A DNA stretch of 40,599 bases from Basidiobolus meristosporus CBS 931.73. Lineage: Eukaryota > Fungi > Basidiobolomycota. The stretch spans positions 1-40,599 of the forward strand of contig MCFE01000741.1 in assembly GCA_002104905.1 (NCBI GenBank). Reading direction: 5' to 3'. This document shows, piece after piece, positions 1 through 10,129 of this stretch (positions are counted from its first letter, which is position 1; every line of letters begins with the position of its first letter). The translations under genes and the position numbers were made by a program. Below the pieces are notes generated by a model, which was not told the DNA's origin, ran no database searches, and saw only the letters and a list, made by a program, of their open reading frames with translations.

Positions 1-258
1 GTCTTCAGGAGTGGCGGAGCGTGCGACACAATACTGATTTGCTGGAACGGATGCCTGTACATGGCAGTTGTACACGTATATCTGATCAAAACACTAACAA
101 TCAAAGTAGCAGCTCACACATATGTTAGATGCTCACAGTGCAATGAGCATAATACAGCTGGGTCAAAGGAATGTTTATTACTTCACAATGCTTCAGCTAA
201 ATATCCTTAACAGCAACATCTCCAAGAGTCCCCCGGAAACGTAGACACCAGCCAGACC

Positions 259-477
259 CTACGAGATTACCCATGTCTGGCTATCCACGCAGGCGGTCCC
301 CTTTCTCCCTTCAAGGATCTGCTTGAAGGACAGCTCGCCAGTTCCGGGTCCTCTCCAAGTCCAGCGAATCCCTTTGACTGTGACTGAGGCGTAGTTCCCG
401 TTGTTAGCTCTCTTGGCTCTGGCAATTTCTTCTCTGACATCGGCAGAATACAAACGGGCTTCTTGATCGGATACCAT
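259..477 (-). CDS. Small orphan ORF (72 aa from ATG at 477), unknown function
   Basis: gccATGg start at 477, TATAAA at 538-533 on the minus strand, protein-like composition (MVSDQEARLYSADVREEIARAKRANNG...). No recognised family. Confidence 0.35.
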   Translation of the reverse strand: MVSDQEARLYSADVREEIARAKRANNGNYASVTVKGIRWTWRGPGTGELSFKQILEGRKGTACVDSQTWVIS

Positions 478-729
478 GGCTGAGGAAGTGGAGTGCAATA
501 AGTCTTGAGACTAACAAGCCCACACCTGCTGCTTTATATCACCTTATCCAGGTGGTGGCTTAGTGTTGTGTCATTATGCTAACGGCTGCTTCATGCGCCC
601 ATTTCTACTAAGTATAGCGGCTTCCCACCTAAAGTGCTGAGTCTTAGGCCAAGCTTAGAGAAATGATCCAGAAATCATGAATGGTTACAGTTGAGGCCAA
701 ATCTGCAACATTACCTGAGGAAACCAGTA

Positions 730-1008
730 CTAGCTAAACACATCCATGAATATTTCCTTCATGCCGGCACCGTCTCTATGCACCATGCCGGTCATTGGTG
801 ACAAGGATTTGCACCAATCAGCAATGAGTCTGTTCTTGAAATAACAGGTTATATAATCAACCTGCCCAAAAGAATGACCGTGGTAGTCGGTGGCTGAGCT
901 CTTAATCCGACGCTGTACTCCATCTGTGGCAGGGTAAAGTTTGCAATAGATAAGTGCATGTGTCTTGCAAGAAAGCATCGCCATCCAAGCTATCAATGGT
1001 AGCAGCAT
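730..1008 (-). CDS. Putative small secreted Cys-containing protein (92 aa from ATG at 1008)
   Basis: Hydrophobic N-terminus MLLPLIAWMAMLSCKTHA, and a degenerate paralog lies immediately adjacent at ~1205-1390. Confidence 0.4.
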   Translation of the reverse strand: MLLPLIAWMAMLSCKTHALIYCKLYPATDGVQRRIKSSATDYHGHSFGQVDYITCYFKNRLIADWCKSLSPMTGMVHRDGAGMKEIFMDVFS

Positions 1009-1204
1009 AGATAAAGCGTAACACAAATAAAGTGAACAGGCACAATTGGCTTGTTTCTTGACAAATAACTAATTGAAAACGCGTGTACTACAACAAGAAA
1101 TTCCAAGGCAGCCTCAACTATCCCAAGCACTATCCACTCAATATCCCCAACTCTTGGCAAAAAACTAACCAATTTATTCTCGCCTGTACTGTGCTGTACA
1201 CCCC

Positions 1205-1390
1205 ATGACAGTCATATCATTCACCAATCAGCAACAACCCTAGGTTCTTGTAATAACTGGTTAATTTAATAAGCCTGCCCCAAAGCTTGACTGTGGTTGC
1301 TGCTCTCCAGTTGCGGCAGGGTCAGATCAGCAATATATTTAATCATGTGTACAGCAAGAAAACAGCACTACCAAAGGACAATACCTTCCA
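1205..1390 (-). pseudogene. Decayed paralog of the 730-1008 ORF
   Basis: DNA collinear with ~800-1000 (caccaatcagcaa, ttcttg, cctgccc, gcagggt). It translates as FSCCTHD*IYC*SDPA versus LSCKTHALIYCKLYPA, with stops and deletions. Confidence 0.5.
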
Positions 1391-1831
1391 GGCAATGACA
1401 GGACTATTGTAAGAGACACTTGCCTTAAAGATGGAATAAAGATACCAAAAGTGCATGTTAAGCTCACAGGACTACACTGATACAAAGGAGTACCAAACCC
1501 CATTGAAATTGACCGCAACGACCTTGGACTTTCTCGACGGTAACCCTTAAGCTCATTAGTAAAAAATTACCAAAGTCCTTACTAACACGGATAGTTATTG
1601 CAAAAACTGAGAGAATTTTGAATGATATTAAGGATATCATTGACCAGATCGCCCTCATTCTTTACACTTTGAAGTGCAGCCTATACTGTGTAGCCCTGGT
1701 ACGAAGAGGTAAAGTAGCAAAGGTTAAATCAATCTAGCTCGCATAAAGCTAGTGCTATGAACGAAGCCTAATTGAGTGGGATCGAGGTGATATAAATCGG
1801 CAAAATTCGCATGAGACTCCACCAGCCAGTC

Positions 1832-2356
1832 ATGCAGCTTTCCTTCCTCTTGCTAGTTTCCGCCATCGCTTCATTGCAAGCAATTTCCGCTACCCCACTC
1901 GGTGACTCCCAGGTAGCCTTCACCAATGAGCCATGCGTCGAGCAACAGGGTGCTTGTTATCAGGACACTTCGGCCCCCAGTCAAGAATACCAGCCGTCAA
2001 CTGAGGAGGGGGATGATTCGGAGATGAGTGCTCCAATGCAGACAAGCGAGACTTCGGGTGAGCAGTCAGGATTCTCTGGGTTGCAAGGGTTCGATATTTC
2101 CAATCTTCAACCATCCCAAGCCTTGCTGGACAAAATCAATGGCCATTCCTCCAGTAAAGCCAATGCCTTGTCCAACTCAAACCAATTCGACCAAGCGCAA
2201 GTCATTGATCAAACCCTGTACCAGCCCAAGCAGCAACAGCCACAAATTATCATCACTCAGCCAGCAGCGCGTGCGCTTAGAGGTGGGTACAAGAAGTATA
2301 AGAGATCTGCTCGTCGCCACTTCAAAGTGAGATATTTCAGTGGAAACAGACATTAA
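1832..2356 (+). CDS. Family A secreted protein, divergent copy A1 (174 aa)
   Basis: The ATG at 1832 (MQLSFLLL) matches the paralog starts. Signal-peptide-like N-terminus, CVEQQGACY, acidic linker, N/Q motif, cationic tail YKKYKRSARRHFKVRYFSGNRH; TATAAA near 1791. Confidence 0.85.
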   Translation: MQLSFLLLVSAIASLQAISATPLGDSQVAFTNEPCVEQQGACYQDTSAPSQEYQPSTEEGDDSEMSAPMQTSETSGEQSGFSGLQGFDISNLQPSQALLDKINGHSSSKANALSNSNQFDQAQVIDQTLYQPKQQQPQIIITQPAARALRGGYKKYKRSARRHFKVRYFSGNRH

Positions 2357-2717
2357 GTCCAGTAAAAGCAAATTTACGAAATAAAATGAGCAATATATTA
2401 CTAGGCATACTGATGATGTACAAGTATTCAAGAATTTACTGATATGCACACGCAGAAATAGCGTTCCTTATCGTTGTAAATAGTGGCATAATTTGTATTG
2501 AAGAGAATTATGGGCAGTGGTGATAGAACCATATAATATATACAGAGGCTGTCATTCCAGCGCATGTGTTTTATATGTTACAGGTTTCCTCAATAAAGTC
2601 CATAACAGAATGTATCTAATAATACTCACTTTATGCCCTCAGTTTAACCTTATTATATAGCCTCCCATGCTATATAGCGTCGTATGCAACTAACTTATTT
2701 TTCAGCTATTCTTCAGC

Positions 2718-3215
2718 ATGCGCTCTACTACCATAGCAGTGATTCTAGGCCTTGTCGCTCTTCAAGTTGCCGTTGCTGCCCCAATCGGCTGTTCTTCTCC
2801 ATGCACTCGCGAGTATAGAAGGGTGCATTATCGCAGCTTACCATGTGCACAGTATGCGAGCGGTTGCTACCAAAACGCTCGAGTTTTGCCTGTCGTTAAG
2901 ACGACGAATGTCCAATCCCCGTTATTGCGCCAGGTTTTCACCACGGTGACCAGAAAGCACGACAACCTGAACATTGCTAACGCCAACAGCAACAAAGGCT
3001 TCAATGTCAAGTATCAAGCAGGGCCCAGTCTCGAACTGGAGGGTAGGGCCAATGCATTAGAATATGCTAAGCAAAAGGGAGCAGAACACTTGGAAGATAG
3101 TTCTTTCTCTCCCTACGTTCTGATGCAGCCCACCCAAGATATACAATACACAGCCCCTGTGGCAGAGATGCAATGCGTAGAAGATTGTCCAGAGCAAAAC
3201 GTTCAATACAATTAG
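2718..3215 (+). CDS. Family B secreted protein, divergent copy B1 (165 aa)
   Basis: Signal-peptide-like MRSTTIAVILGLVALQVAVA-AP, 6 Cys, clearly homologous to the 192-aa B genes of the array; gctatata box upstream. Confidence 0.85.
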   Translation: MRSTTIAVILGLVALQVAVAAPIGCSSPCTREYRRVHYRSLPCAQYASGCYQNARVLPVVKTTNVQSPLLRQVFTTVTRKHDNLNIANANSNKGFNVKYQAGPSLELEGRANALEYAKQKGAEHLEDSSFSPYVLMQPTQDIQYTAPVAEMQCVEDCPEQNVQYN

Positions 3216-3584
3216 TGCGATGACATGAGCTGAAGATGTAGGCAGCCAGTCACCACATTATTAGTAAAAATCCTCAATCAATAAAGTTCAAATGACATTC
3301 TTATATTGTGTTACTTATGATTAGCTTTTACTTGCACACACCTGTATCATGATCAGAGCTGCGGGCATTAATATTAGATATCCACTTACGTACTAACATA
3401 CTCACCCCTCAGTCTTTAGTGATGCTGCCCTCCACCGAAGAGTTTGATATTGGAGAGAATATCTGGCAGGGTTACCGGATTGATTTTGGTAACACAAAGA
3501 TTCGAGATTGACAGACTGCCCAGTGACTGTTAGCATTGTGATATTTCCTCTTATCGTTTTTGTGGAAGCTAAGAGTAAAATGGA

Positions 3585-3666
3585 TGATGAGGGTGGGGTT
3601 CGAACCCACGCCTCCGAAGAGACTGCGACCTGAACGCAGCGCCTTAGACCACTCGGCCACCTCACC
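3585..3666 (-). tRNA. tRNA-Leu(CAG), 82 nt, no intron
   Basis: Minus strand reads GGTGAGG-TGGCCGAGTGGTCTAAGGC-GCTGCG TT CAG GT CGCAG-long variable arm-GTGGG TTCGAAC CCCAC-CCTCATC-A. Cloverleaf stems pair, no encoded CCA, TTTT just downstream. Confidence 0.96.
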
Positions 3667-4165
3667 AGCTTGTACTTGGACCTTACGAAAGAGTTTCGAA
3701 TCAAATGTTCTTGAAGTGCTAGCCATCACTCGAAGCAAGCATCATAAAGTACTCTTTACCTATTGTTTTGTCGTTACCCATCAGTGTCTTTTCATAGTGA
3801 AGATATGGCAATCGAATTTACGATCAATAAATACAAAATCCCGGATTTGGCAGACTAAATTAACTGAAAATCAGTGGATGCTCAAGAAACATAGATCTTT
3901 TCCTATATAATGATCAATAAATCGGAGCAATTGTCTAGATGATACTGAGTAGTGAGTAATGGTCGTTCAAGACACTGTTGTTATCGATGCACAAATGTAA
4001 GAGATATGGCTTAGTGATGAATTCAATCCAAGAAAAGCACTACTTTATACCGGATGAACTAGACTGTTTAATCATCTGTCTCCAAACGTGATTAATATTA
4101 AAGTTGCATGTTGTGTGACTTATAAACCAAGAAGGTATAATAACGAATATAAAGGCCGTAGAGGA

Positions 4166-4540
4166 GTGTCTACTCAAGATATCCTCTTAGCCAGTGCTTT
4201 GATACTTGCATCCTCTTTTGCCGCTCCTCTTGAACGCAACCAACCCAATACTACGGCAACCCTCGAGTATGTAGAGCTATATAAAAACGTAAAGGCGTGT
4301 AATGAAGAATTTCCATCTTCATTCTGGACACGAAGTAAGGTTCGCAGAATGCGTGAGGATGATCCAGGAGCTTTCTCAAAGCCTAGGTATACAGAGTGGA
4401 AGCGTGGCAAAGCAGTGTTCATGATGCAACTGATGGGATTGACGTATTTTTTGTCTCCCTGGATCGCTTTTAGAAGACAGAAAAAGCCGGGAGAACTTAA
4501 GCCTAGTCTGTGGGGTTACCCAGCAAAAAGGCGGCAATGA
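4166..4540 (+). pseudogene. Possible decayed secreted-protein gene (signal peptide without ATG)
   Basis: The frame reads (GTG)STQDILLASALILASSFA-APLERNQ, resembling a signal peptide with GTG where an ATG is expected. TATAAA at 4121. Confidence 0.3.
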
Positions 4541-4989
4541 TATTTGCGGTTGTAACAAAGATTGCTGCGGGAGAGGAGCAAGTGCGGAAACAGTAACTTT
4601 CAAGGAATTTAGTGGCATGGTTGAGTAGGGATTATCTCGTATAGTATTGGATATGCAGCACAAAGCGTTGTTACATCAACAATATACAAGGGCAGCATAT
4701 AAGTATCATTCGGTCACTCTTACTAACGCTTAAGTCATGTTGTAGTGGCTCCGAATATCAGACACGTACCAAGGACTCGGACTGTTGCGGCAAGAACATC
4801 TAAGCATCACTATCGCCAACGTCGCCTTTCCCTTTCTTCAGTATCTACTTCTAGCTTTATACTATAAAGCATCTGGTTGACATTAAATGCTGATTACTAT
4901 TTCGTGTATGCACTGTCTCACTTACGAGAATCACCAGCTAGGCATAAGGATCATTTTTAAGAAATAGCAAACGGTGAGGCACCCAGGCT

Positions 4990-5050
4990 AAATCAAGAGT
5001 GGGATCGAGAAGGTGATATAAATCGGGAGAGTACAAGAAGCCACGCCGCT
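4990..5050 (+). pseudogene. Deletion remnant of a family A gene (promoter fused to 3' coding end)
   Basis: gagtgggatcgag..gtgatataaatcgg matches the A1 promoter (~1774-1800) and is followed directly by gtacaagaag..cgcc, matching the A1 tail. Confidence 0.55.
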
Positions 5051-6258
5051 TTAAAGATACTAGGATTAGCACTAGTATGCTCCAGAAAATCATGGTGAGT
5101 TCCACAAAACAATGGAGGAAATGAGTAAAAATAAGAACTATGGACATGCGTAAGGGGAATGCAAATAAAAATATATAAATACTGATGGAGCCCAAACAAT
5201 CGTTAGGAGTGTGCCCGCAACAGCATAGCGATAGTGTGAGTAGTGACCTGATATGTCAACGAAAGGTGAGATATGAAATAGCAATTTGTCCAGCCAAGCC
5301 TATATACCAGCCCACAAATACGTTATTCACTTCACATGCGCTCTTTTACCGTAGCAGTGATTCTAGACCTTGCCGCAATCGGCGGTTACTCTCCATTCAC
5401 TCGCGAGTATAGAAGGGTTCATTATCGCAGTTTACCATGTGTTTAGTATGCGAATGGTTGCTACCAAAACGTTCGAGTTTTGCCTATTGTTAAGTCGTCC
5501 AATGCTCAATCCCCGTTATTGTGCCAGATTTGACCACGGTGACCAGAAAGCACAATAACCTGAACATTGCTAATGCCAACAGCAATAAAGGCTTCAATGT
5601 CAAGTATCAAGCAGGACCCAGTCTCGAACCGGAGGGTGGGGCCAACGCACTGAAATACGCCAAGCAAAAGGGAGCGAAACACCCGGACAATAGCTCTTCG
5701 TATCCCTACGTTCTGATGTAGTCCACCCAAGATGTAGCAGAGACCGAACAAAATGCTCAATACAATTGGTGTGCTGACAATTGCGCCTATCAGATAAATC
5801 AACCTAAACTGAGGATATTGGGTAGGCAAAACAAATAAACATTCTTTGCACGACTACTCTACTCTCACAGTCTCATTGACTATCAATCCATCGCAGATAC
5901 AGTGTACTGGTCCAAAAAAAATCGACAGACACCAAAGGAATAGGGGCACTCCACATTTGGTTGGTGGCAAGAGAGAAGTCCAAACAGCGTTGTGTATCAA
6001 CAACCGCATTTGAAGATACTTTGGGATGTCAGCAAGCTCTTGTGAGCGCCAGTTCCAACGTTTACATACTTACTCCATCGAACTTTAAAATAAATGTATC
6101 AATATTGGGAGGTAAATTGCCGTTTAAGTCAACATACCATTGTATTATTCGTGAGACGCAAAACGACTCGTACTACGATCTTTCAAGCGTGCACTCAGGA
6201 ATGGCACTGGTTATTATCATAGTCAATGTTTGCAGTCCCGAGCAGTATACATAATACA
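5047..6258 (+). repeat. Direct segmental duplication, copy 1 (partner ~8200-9435)
   Basis: Collinear near-identity with ~8200-9435, from gatactaggattagc through the defective B gene to gtcaatgt..gcagtcc..ataatac. Boundaries are approximate. Confidence 0.85.
5336..5770 (+). pseudogene. Family B pseudogene
   Basis: ATG 5336 is homologous to the B1 start. Internal deletions and frameshifts, plus a CAG->TAG stop at 5719-5721 relative to B1. Confidence 0.85.
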
Positions 6259-6400
6259 GTTATCCAACATTACCCAAGAAACATAGTTTAACTTAGATTA
6301 TTTACTCAAGATTCAAAAACTCTTAGCTGACTGGCAGATCTGCTAATTCTGAAGAAATATATTGCTATACATTGCGGGTACAAATCTCTACATTTTGTTT

Positions 6401-7378
6401 CTATGCTACAAGTTCTGGATACTTCACCAAATCTTCACTCAGCTTCCAAAGTTGTTGGGCATTAGAGTCATCCAAAGCATAAGGCCGCGCGGTCTCATTG
6501 CTAACCTTTGCATCTTCAAGATATGAGCCAGACTGATTAACAATCGAGGGGTCAAAGGCAGCAACAATGTGAGTTGCCGCTCCCTGAGGGATGGTTTTCC
6601 AAGTAAGGGATTTCAGAGCCTCTTCTGACATCCAGGGCTGGCCATCAGCATCCAGGAAGTTCTCCTTAAATTCGTCGGCGAGATTCAAGTGATTGGCCAA
6701 GTTTGTGGATATAACACCAGGGTGAAGACTGAAGGCCACTAGTCCCTTACTTTTGTAGCGGTTGCTCAACTCCTTGGTAAAGAGAATAATGGCGGTTTTA
6801 GACTGACCATAGGCCTGCCATTTTTCGTACGTTCTGCCGTCGGAAAACCCAGGATCCGCAAAGCGGATTTTGGATATTTGATGGCCTGAGCTAGATACAT
6901 TTACTACGCGTGGACCTCGAGAGGAAGCCAAGAGCCGATCTAGTATCAGGTTTGTGAAAAGGAAAGGTGCCAAGTAATTAATCCCAAACTGCGCTTCAAA
7001 CCCATCTTTTGTTCTACTGTATGGTGCAGCCATGATTGCGGCATTGTTGATTAGCACGTCAATAGGCTCGGTATATTCATTCACCTCCTTGGCAGCATCT
7101 CGAACCGAATCCAAAGAGGCAAGATCGATCACGAGCGATCGTAGGTTTGCACTTGGTGTCTCTTGCTTGATTTTCCCAATGGTCTCGTCGAGAGAACTCT
7201 GTCTCCTGCCTGCAACGATCACCAGCTTGGCACCGTACTTTGCAATTACTCTGGCGGCTTCGGCACCAAGGCCACCCCAAGTAGCACCTGTGATAAGCAC
7301 AGTTTTTCCCTTGATGCTGTCAGAGAACACCATAGCGGCCTCCTCAGATGTAGTGTCTTTTCCGAAAGTGTGGGACAT
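6401..7378 (-). CDS. Classical short-chain dehydrogenase/reductase (retinol dehydrogenase/WWOX-like), 325 aa, intronless
   Basis: Motifs TGATWGGLG (Rossmann), DLASL, LINNAA, NVSS, YGQSK (YxxxK) and LHPG. The likely start is aaaATG at 7378; the upstream extension in the ORF track is not SDR-like. Confidence 0.93.
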   Translation of the reverse strand: MSHTFGKDTTSEEAAMVFSDSIKGKTVLITGATWGGLGAEAARVIAKYGAKLVIVAGRRQSSLDETIGKIKQETPSANLRSLVIDLASLDSVRDAAKEVNEYTEPIDVLINNAAIMAAPYSRTKDGFEAQFGINYLAPFLFTNLILDRLLASSRGPRVVNVSSSGHQISKIRFADPGFSDGRTYEKWQAYGQSKTAIILFTKELSNRYKSKGLVAFSLHPGVISTNLANHLNLADEFKENFLDADGQPWMSEEALKSLTWKTIPQGAATHIVAAFDPSIVNQSGSYLEDAKVSNETARPYALDDSNAQQLWKLSEDLVKYPELVA

Positions 7379-8199
7379 TTTGATTGACTCAGTCTTCAGG
7401 CGAAGGTGGCAATAAATAGGAGTCACCAAGTGCAGGCCCATGTGATCATCTTTCTCAGCAGCTTTTTGTGGGTGGTGAGCGGCCACTTAGAATGTAATGT
7501 TCCCAATTCGTAGGGTATCCGCAGCATTTACTGGAAGTCTACTCGTGTGCCCAATCATGATGGTAATGTCGCGGTATTGGGTATATACGTAGGCCACATA
7601 CAGAAGCTTATCAATATGATTAGGTCGATCATCTGTAACAGTTGGCAGTCATATCACCCGAAATCCGCAGTAAGGTTACTGACCCAAATTTACGGATCAT
7701 CAATACCCGAGTTTGTGGAAAATCACAGCCCATGACAAGCTGACTATTCCATATGGAGAATGTTTCCGATTGATTGCGGATTGATGTTTAGATCTATGCA
7801 AACGTTCCCGTGGTTAAGAGTTTAGCCAGCAAATTTGTTTAGTTGGCTAATGTGCATATTAATCGTCAATAAACAACTACTAGAGGCAAATGTGAATATC
7901 AATCATTATTAAACAGCTACTATATTGCCACGTAGATATCCATTTTGAAGCCGCGAAAAAATCTATGTAATTGATGGCAATGTCTAGTACGCAGTATAGG
8001 CTTGTATGTTTAAAACATTACATAAGCGACGTTGGCTGTACCATTAGTCAGTAAGAGTTTCTAACCATCTCTACAACCTAAGCCAACGTAGAATTTGGGT
8101 ACAAAAACAGTGGCTACAAAACGTAAATTAATTTCAAGCGACATATATAATCTATTCCTCAGAGCTAGTAAACGAAAGTGAGTTAGATATTTCAGCGGA

Positions 8200-9435
8200 A
8201 ACAGATACTAGGATTAGCAATAGAAAATAAAGACGAAATATAAGGTTTGGTCATGGTGAGTTCCACCAAATAATAGAAGAAAATTGAAAAAATAGGAGAA
8301 TGCAAAATACGGATGGTACTCAAACAGCATCGTAATAGTGTGAGTAATGACCTGATTAATCCATGAAATATATAATAGCAATTTGGCCAGCTAAACCATA
8401 TTATATGCTATATAACAGCCCACAAATACGTTATTCACTCCACATGCGCTTTATTACCATAGCAGTAATTCTAAGCCTTGCCACCATTCAAGATGCCGTT
8501 GCTGCCCCAATCGGCTGTCATTCTCCATGCACTCGCGAGTATAGAGGGGTTCATTATCGCAGCTTACCATGTGCACAGTATGCGAACGATTGCTACCAAA
8601 ACGTTCGAGTTTTGCCTGTCGTTAAGACGTCGAGTGTCCAATCCCCGGTATTACTTCAGGTTTTCAGCACGGTGACCAGAAAGCACGATAGCCTGAACAT
8701 CGTTAATGTCAGCAGCAATAAAGGCTTCAACGTCAAGTATCAAGTACGACCCAGTCTCGAACCGGAGGGTGGGGCCAACGCGCTGGAATACGCCAAGCAA
8801 AAGGAAGCGAAAACCCAGATAATAGCTCTTCATATTTCTACGTTCTGACGCAGTCCACCCAAGTTGTACAATACACAACCCCTTGGCAGAGGCAGAACAA
8901 CACGTTCAATACAATTGGTGTGCTGACAGTTCCCCCAACAGAAAAATCAACCTAAACTGAGGACATTGGGTAGGCAAAACAAATAAACATTCTTTGCACG
9001 ACTACTCTACTCTCACAGTCTCATTGACTATCAATCCATCGCAGATACAGTGTACTGGTCCAAAAAAATCGACAGACACCAAAGGCATAGGGGCACTCCA
9101 CATTTGGTTGGTGGCAGGATGAACTAACGATAGAGAAGTCCAAGCAGCGTTGTGTATCAACAACCGCATTTGAAGATACTTTGGGATGTCAGTAAAGCCA
9201 TGTTCAATGTTTACATACTTACTCCATTGAACTTTAAAATAAATGTATCGATTTTGGGAGTTAAATTGCCGTTTAAGTCAACATACGATTGTCTTTTTCG
9301 TGAGACGCAAAACGACTCGTACTACGATTTCTCAAGCAAGGGCTTGAAGCGTGCACACAGGAATGGCACTGTTCTTACGTAGTTGGTTATTTCATAGTCA
9401 ATGTTAGCAGTCCACAACAGTACATATAATACATT
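8200..9435 (+). repeat. Direct segmental duplication, copy 2 (partner ~5047-6258)
   Basis: As for copy 1. Preceded at ~8175-8205 by a remnant of the A 3' end (agatatttcagcggaaacaga). Confidence 0.85.
8444..8848 (+). pseudogene. Family B gene truncated by a late frameshift (134 aa from ATG 8444)
   Basis: MRFITIAVILSLATIQDAVAAPIGCHSPC... matches B1 up to YAKQKEAK, then leaves frame and loses the acidic CxxxC tail. Confidence 0.75.
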
Positions 9436-10129
9436 TATTTTCGTCGATTTCAATATTATGGGATTAGACAACGAAATGAGTGAAAATTTCTAACGAATTT
9501 TTTCCTATAAATAGAGAGCATCTGTACTTTACAGGATTATGTATATTGTACATTCCCAGTACACTAAAGGACGGTCTGCACATTCTGACAGCCTGTTATC
9601 TAACTATCATTCAAAAATCAAATTAAAATATCAATCTATATTGCTACAAAATCACTTCGAAAATCGCTTAAAATTTTGATTGCAAAATGACATACTTGTC
9701 TGATTACGATTACAGTTTTCTGATCTTTAAAATCAAAATTCATAACTGAATGTTTAAGCGGGCACACAACTTTGCATAAAAATCGGAAAAGAGTAAGTCG
9801 ATAGTCTCACTTTGTTGTAGCGCCTACTGATGACCATCCACTCAGACTACTCCAGTGCGCTTGGTTTTCGTTGCTCTGTTGCCAGCCTCACGCGTTCCCC
9901 AAGTCTTCAATAACCTTGCCATCTCGCAATTACTTGAAGATGCCCATGTCTACACTAGGCTCCAAAAGACATGGATAGAAATCATCAGCAGTGACCCACT
10001 ACTGAAGCCTTCAACTAATCAGTTCTCCGGAAGCTTGAGATACAGAAAGATGCCACTCTACCCAACTGTTAACTTATTCGAAAGTCAAACTAAGAAGGCT
10101 TTAGGCTCTTGTGAGGACACAAATAGCTG

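Noticed and set aside
1464-1740. Short open frames on both strands upstream of A1
   Set aside because: No clear start, motif or paralog; cannot be supported as a gene.
3585-3666. tRNA-Leu(CAG) as a functional part of the secreted-protein system or a sign of a code change
   Set aside because: It is an ordinary Leu-type tRNA with a long variable arm, is single copy, and was not amplified with the cassette.
3402-3910. ORFs overlapping the tRNA gene
   Set aside because: Incidental frames across tRNA-Leu with no protein-like features.
7379-7486. 36-aa N-terminal extension of the SDR in the ORF track
   Set aside because: Not SDR-like; the ATG at 7378 has an aaaATG context and gives a typical family length.
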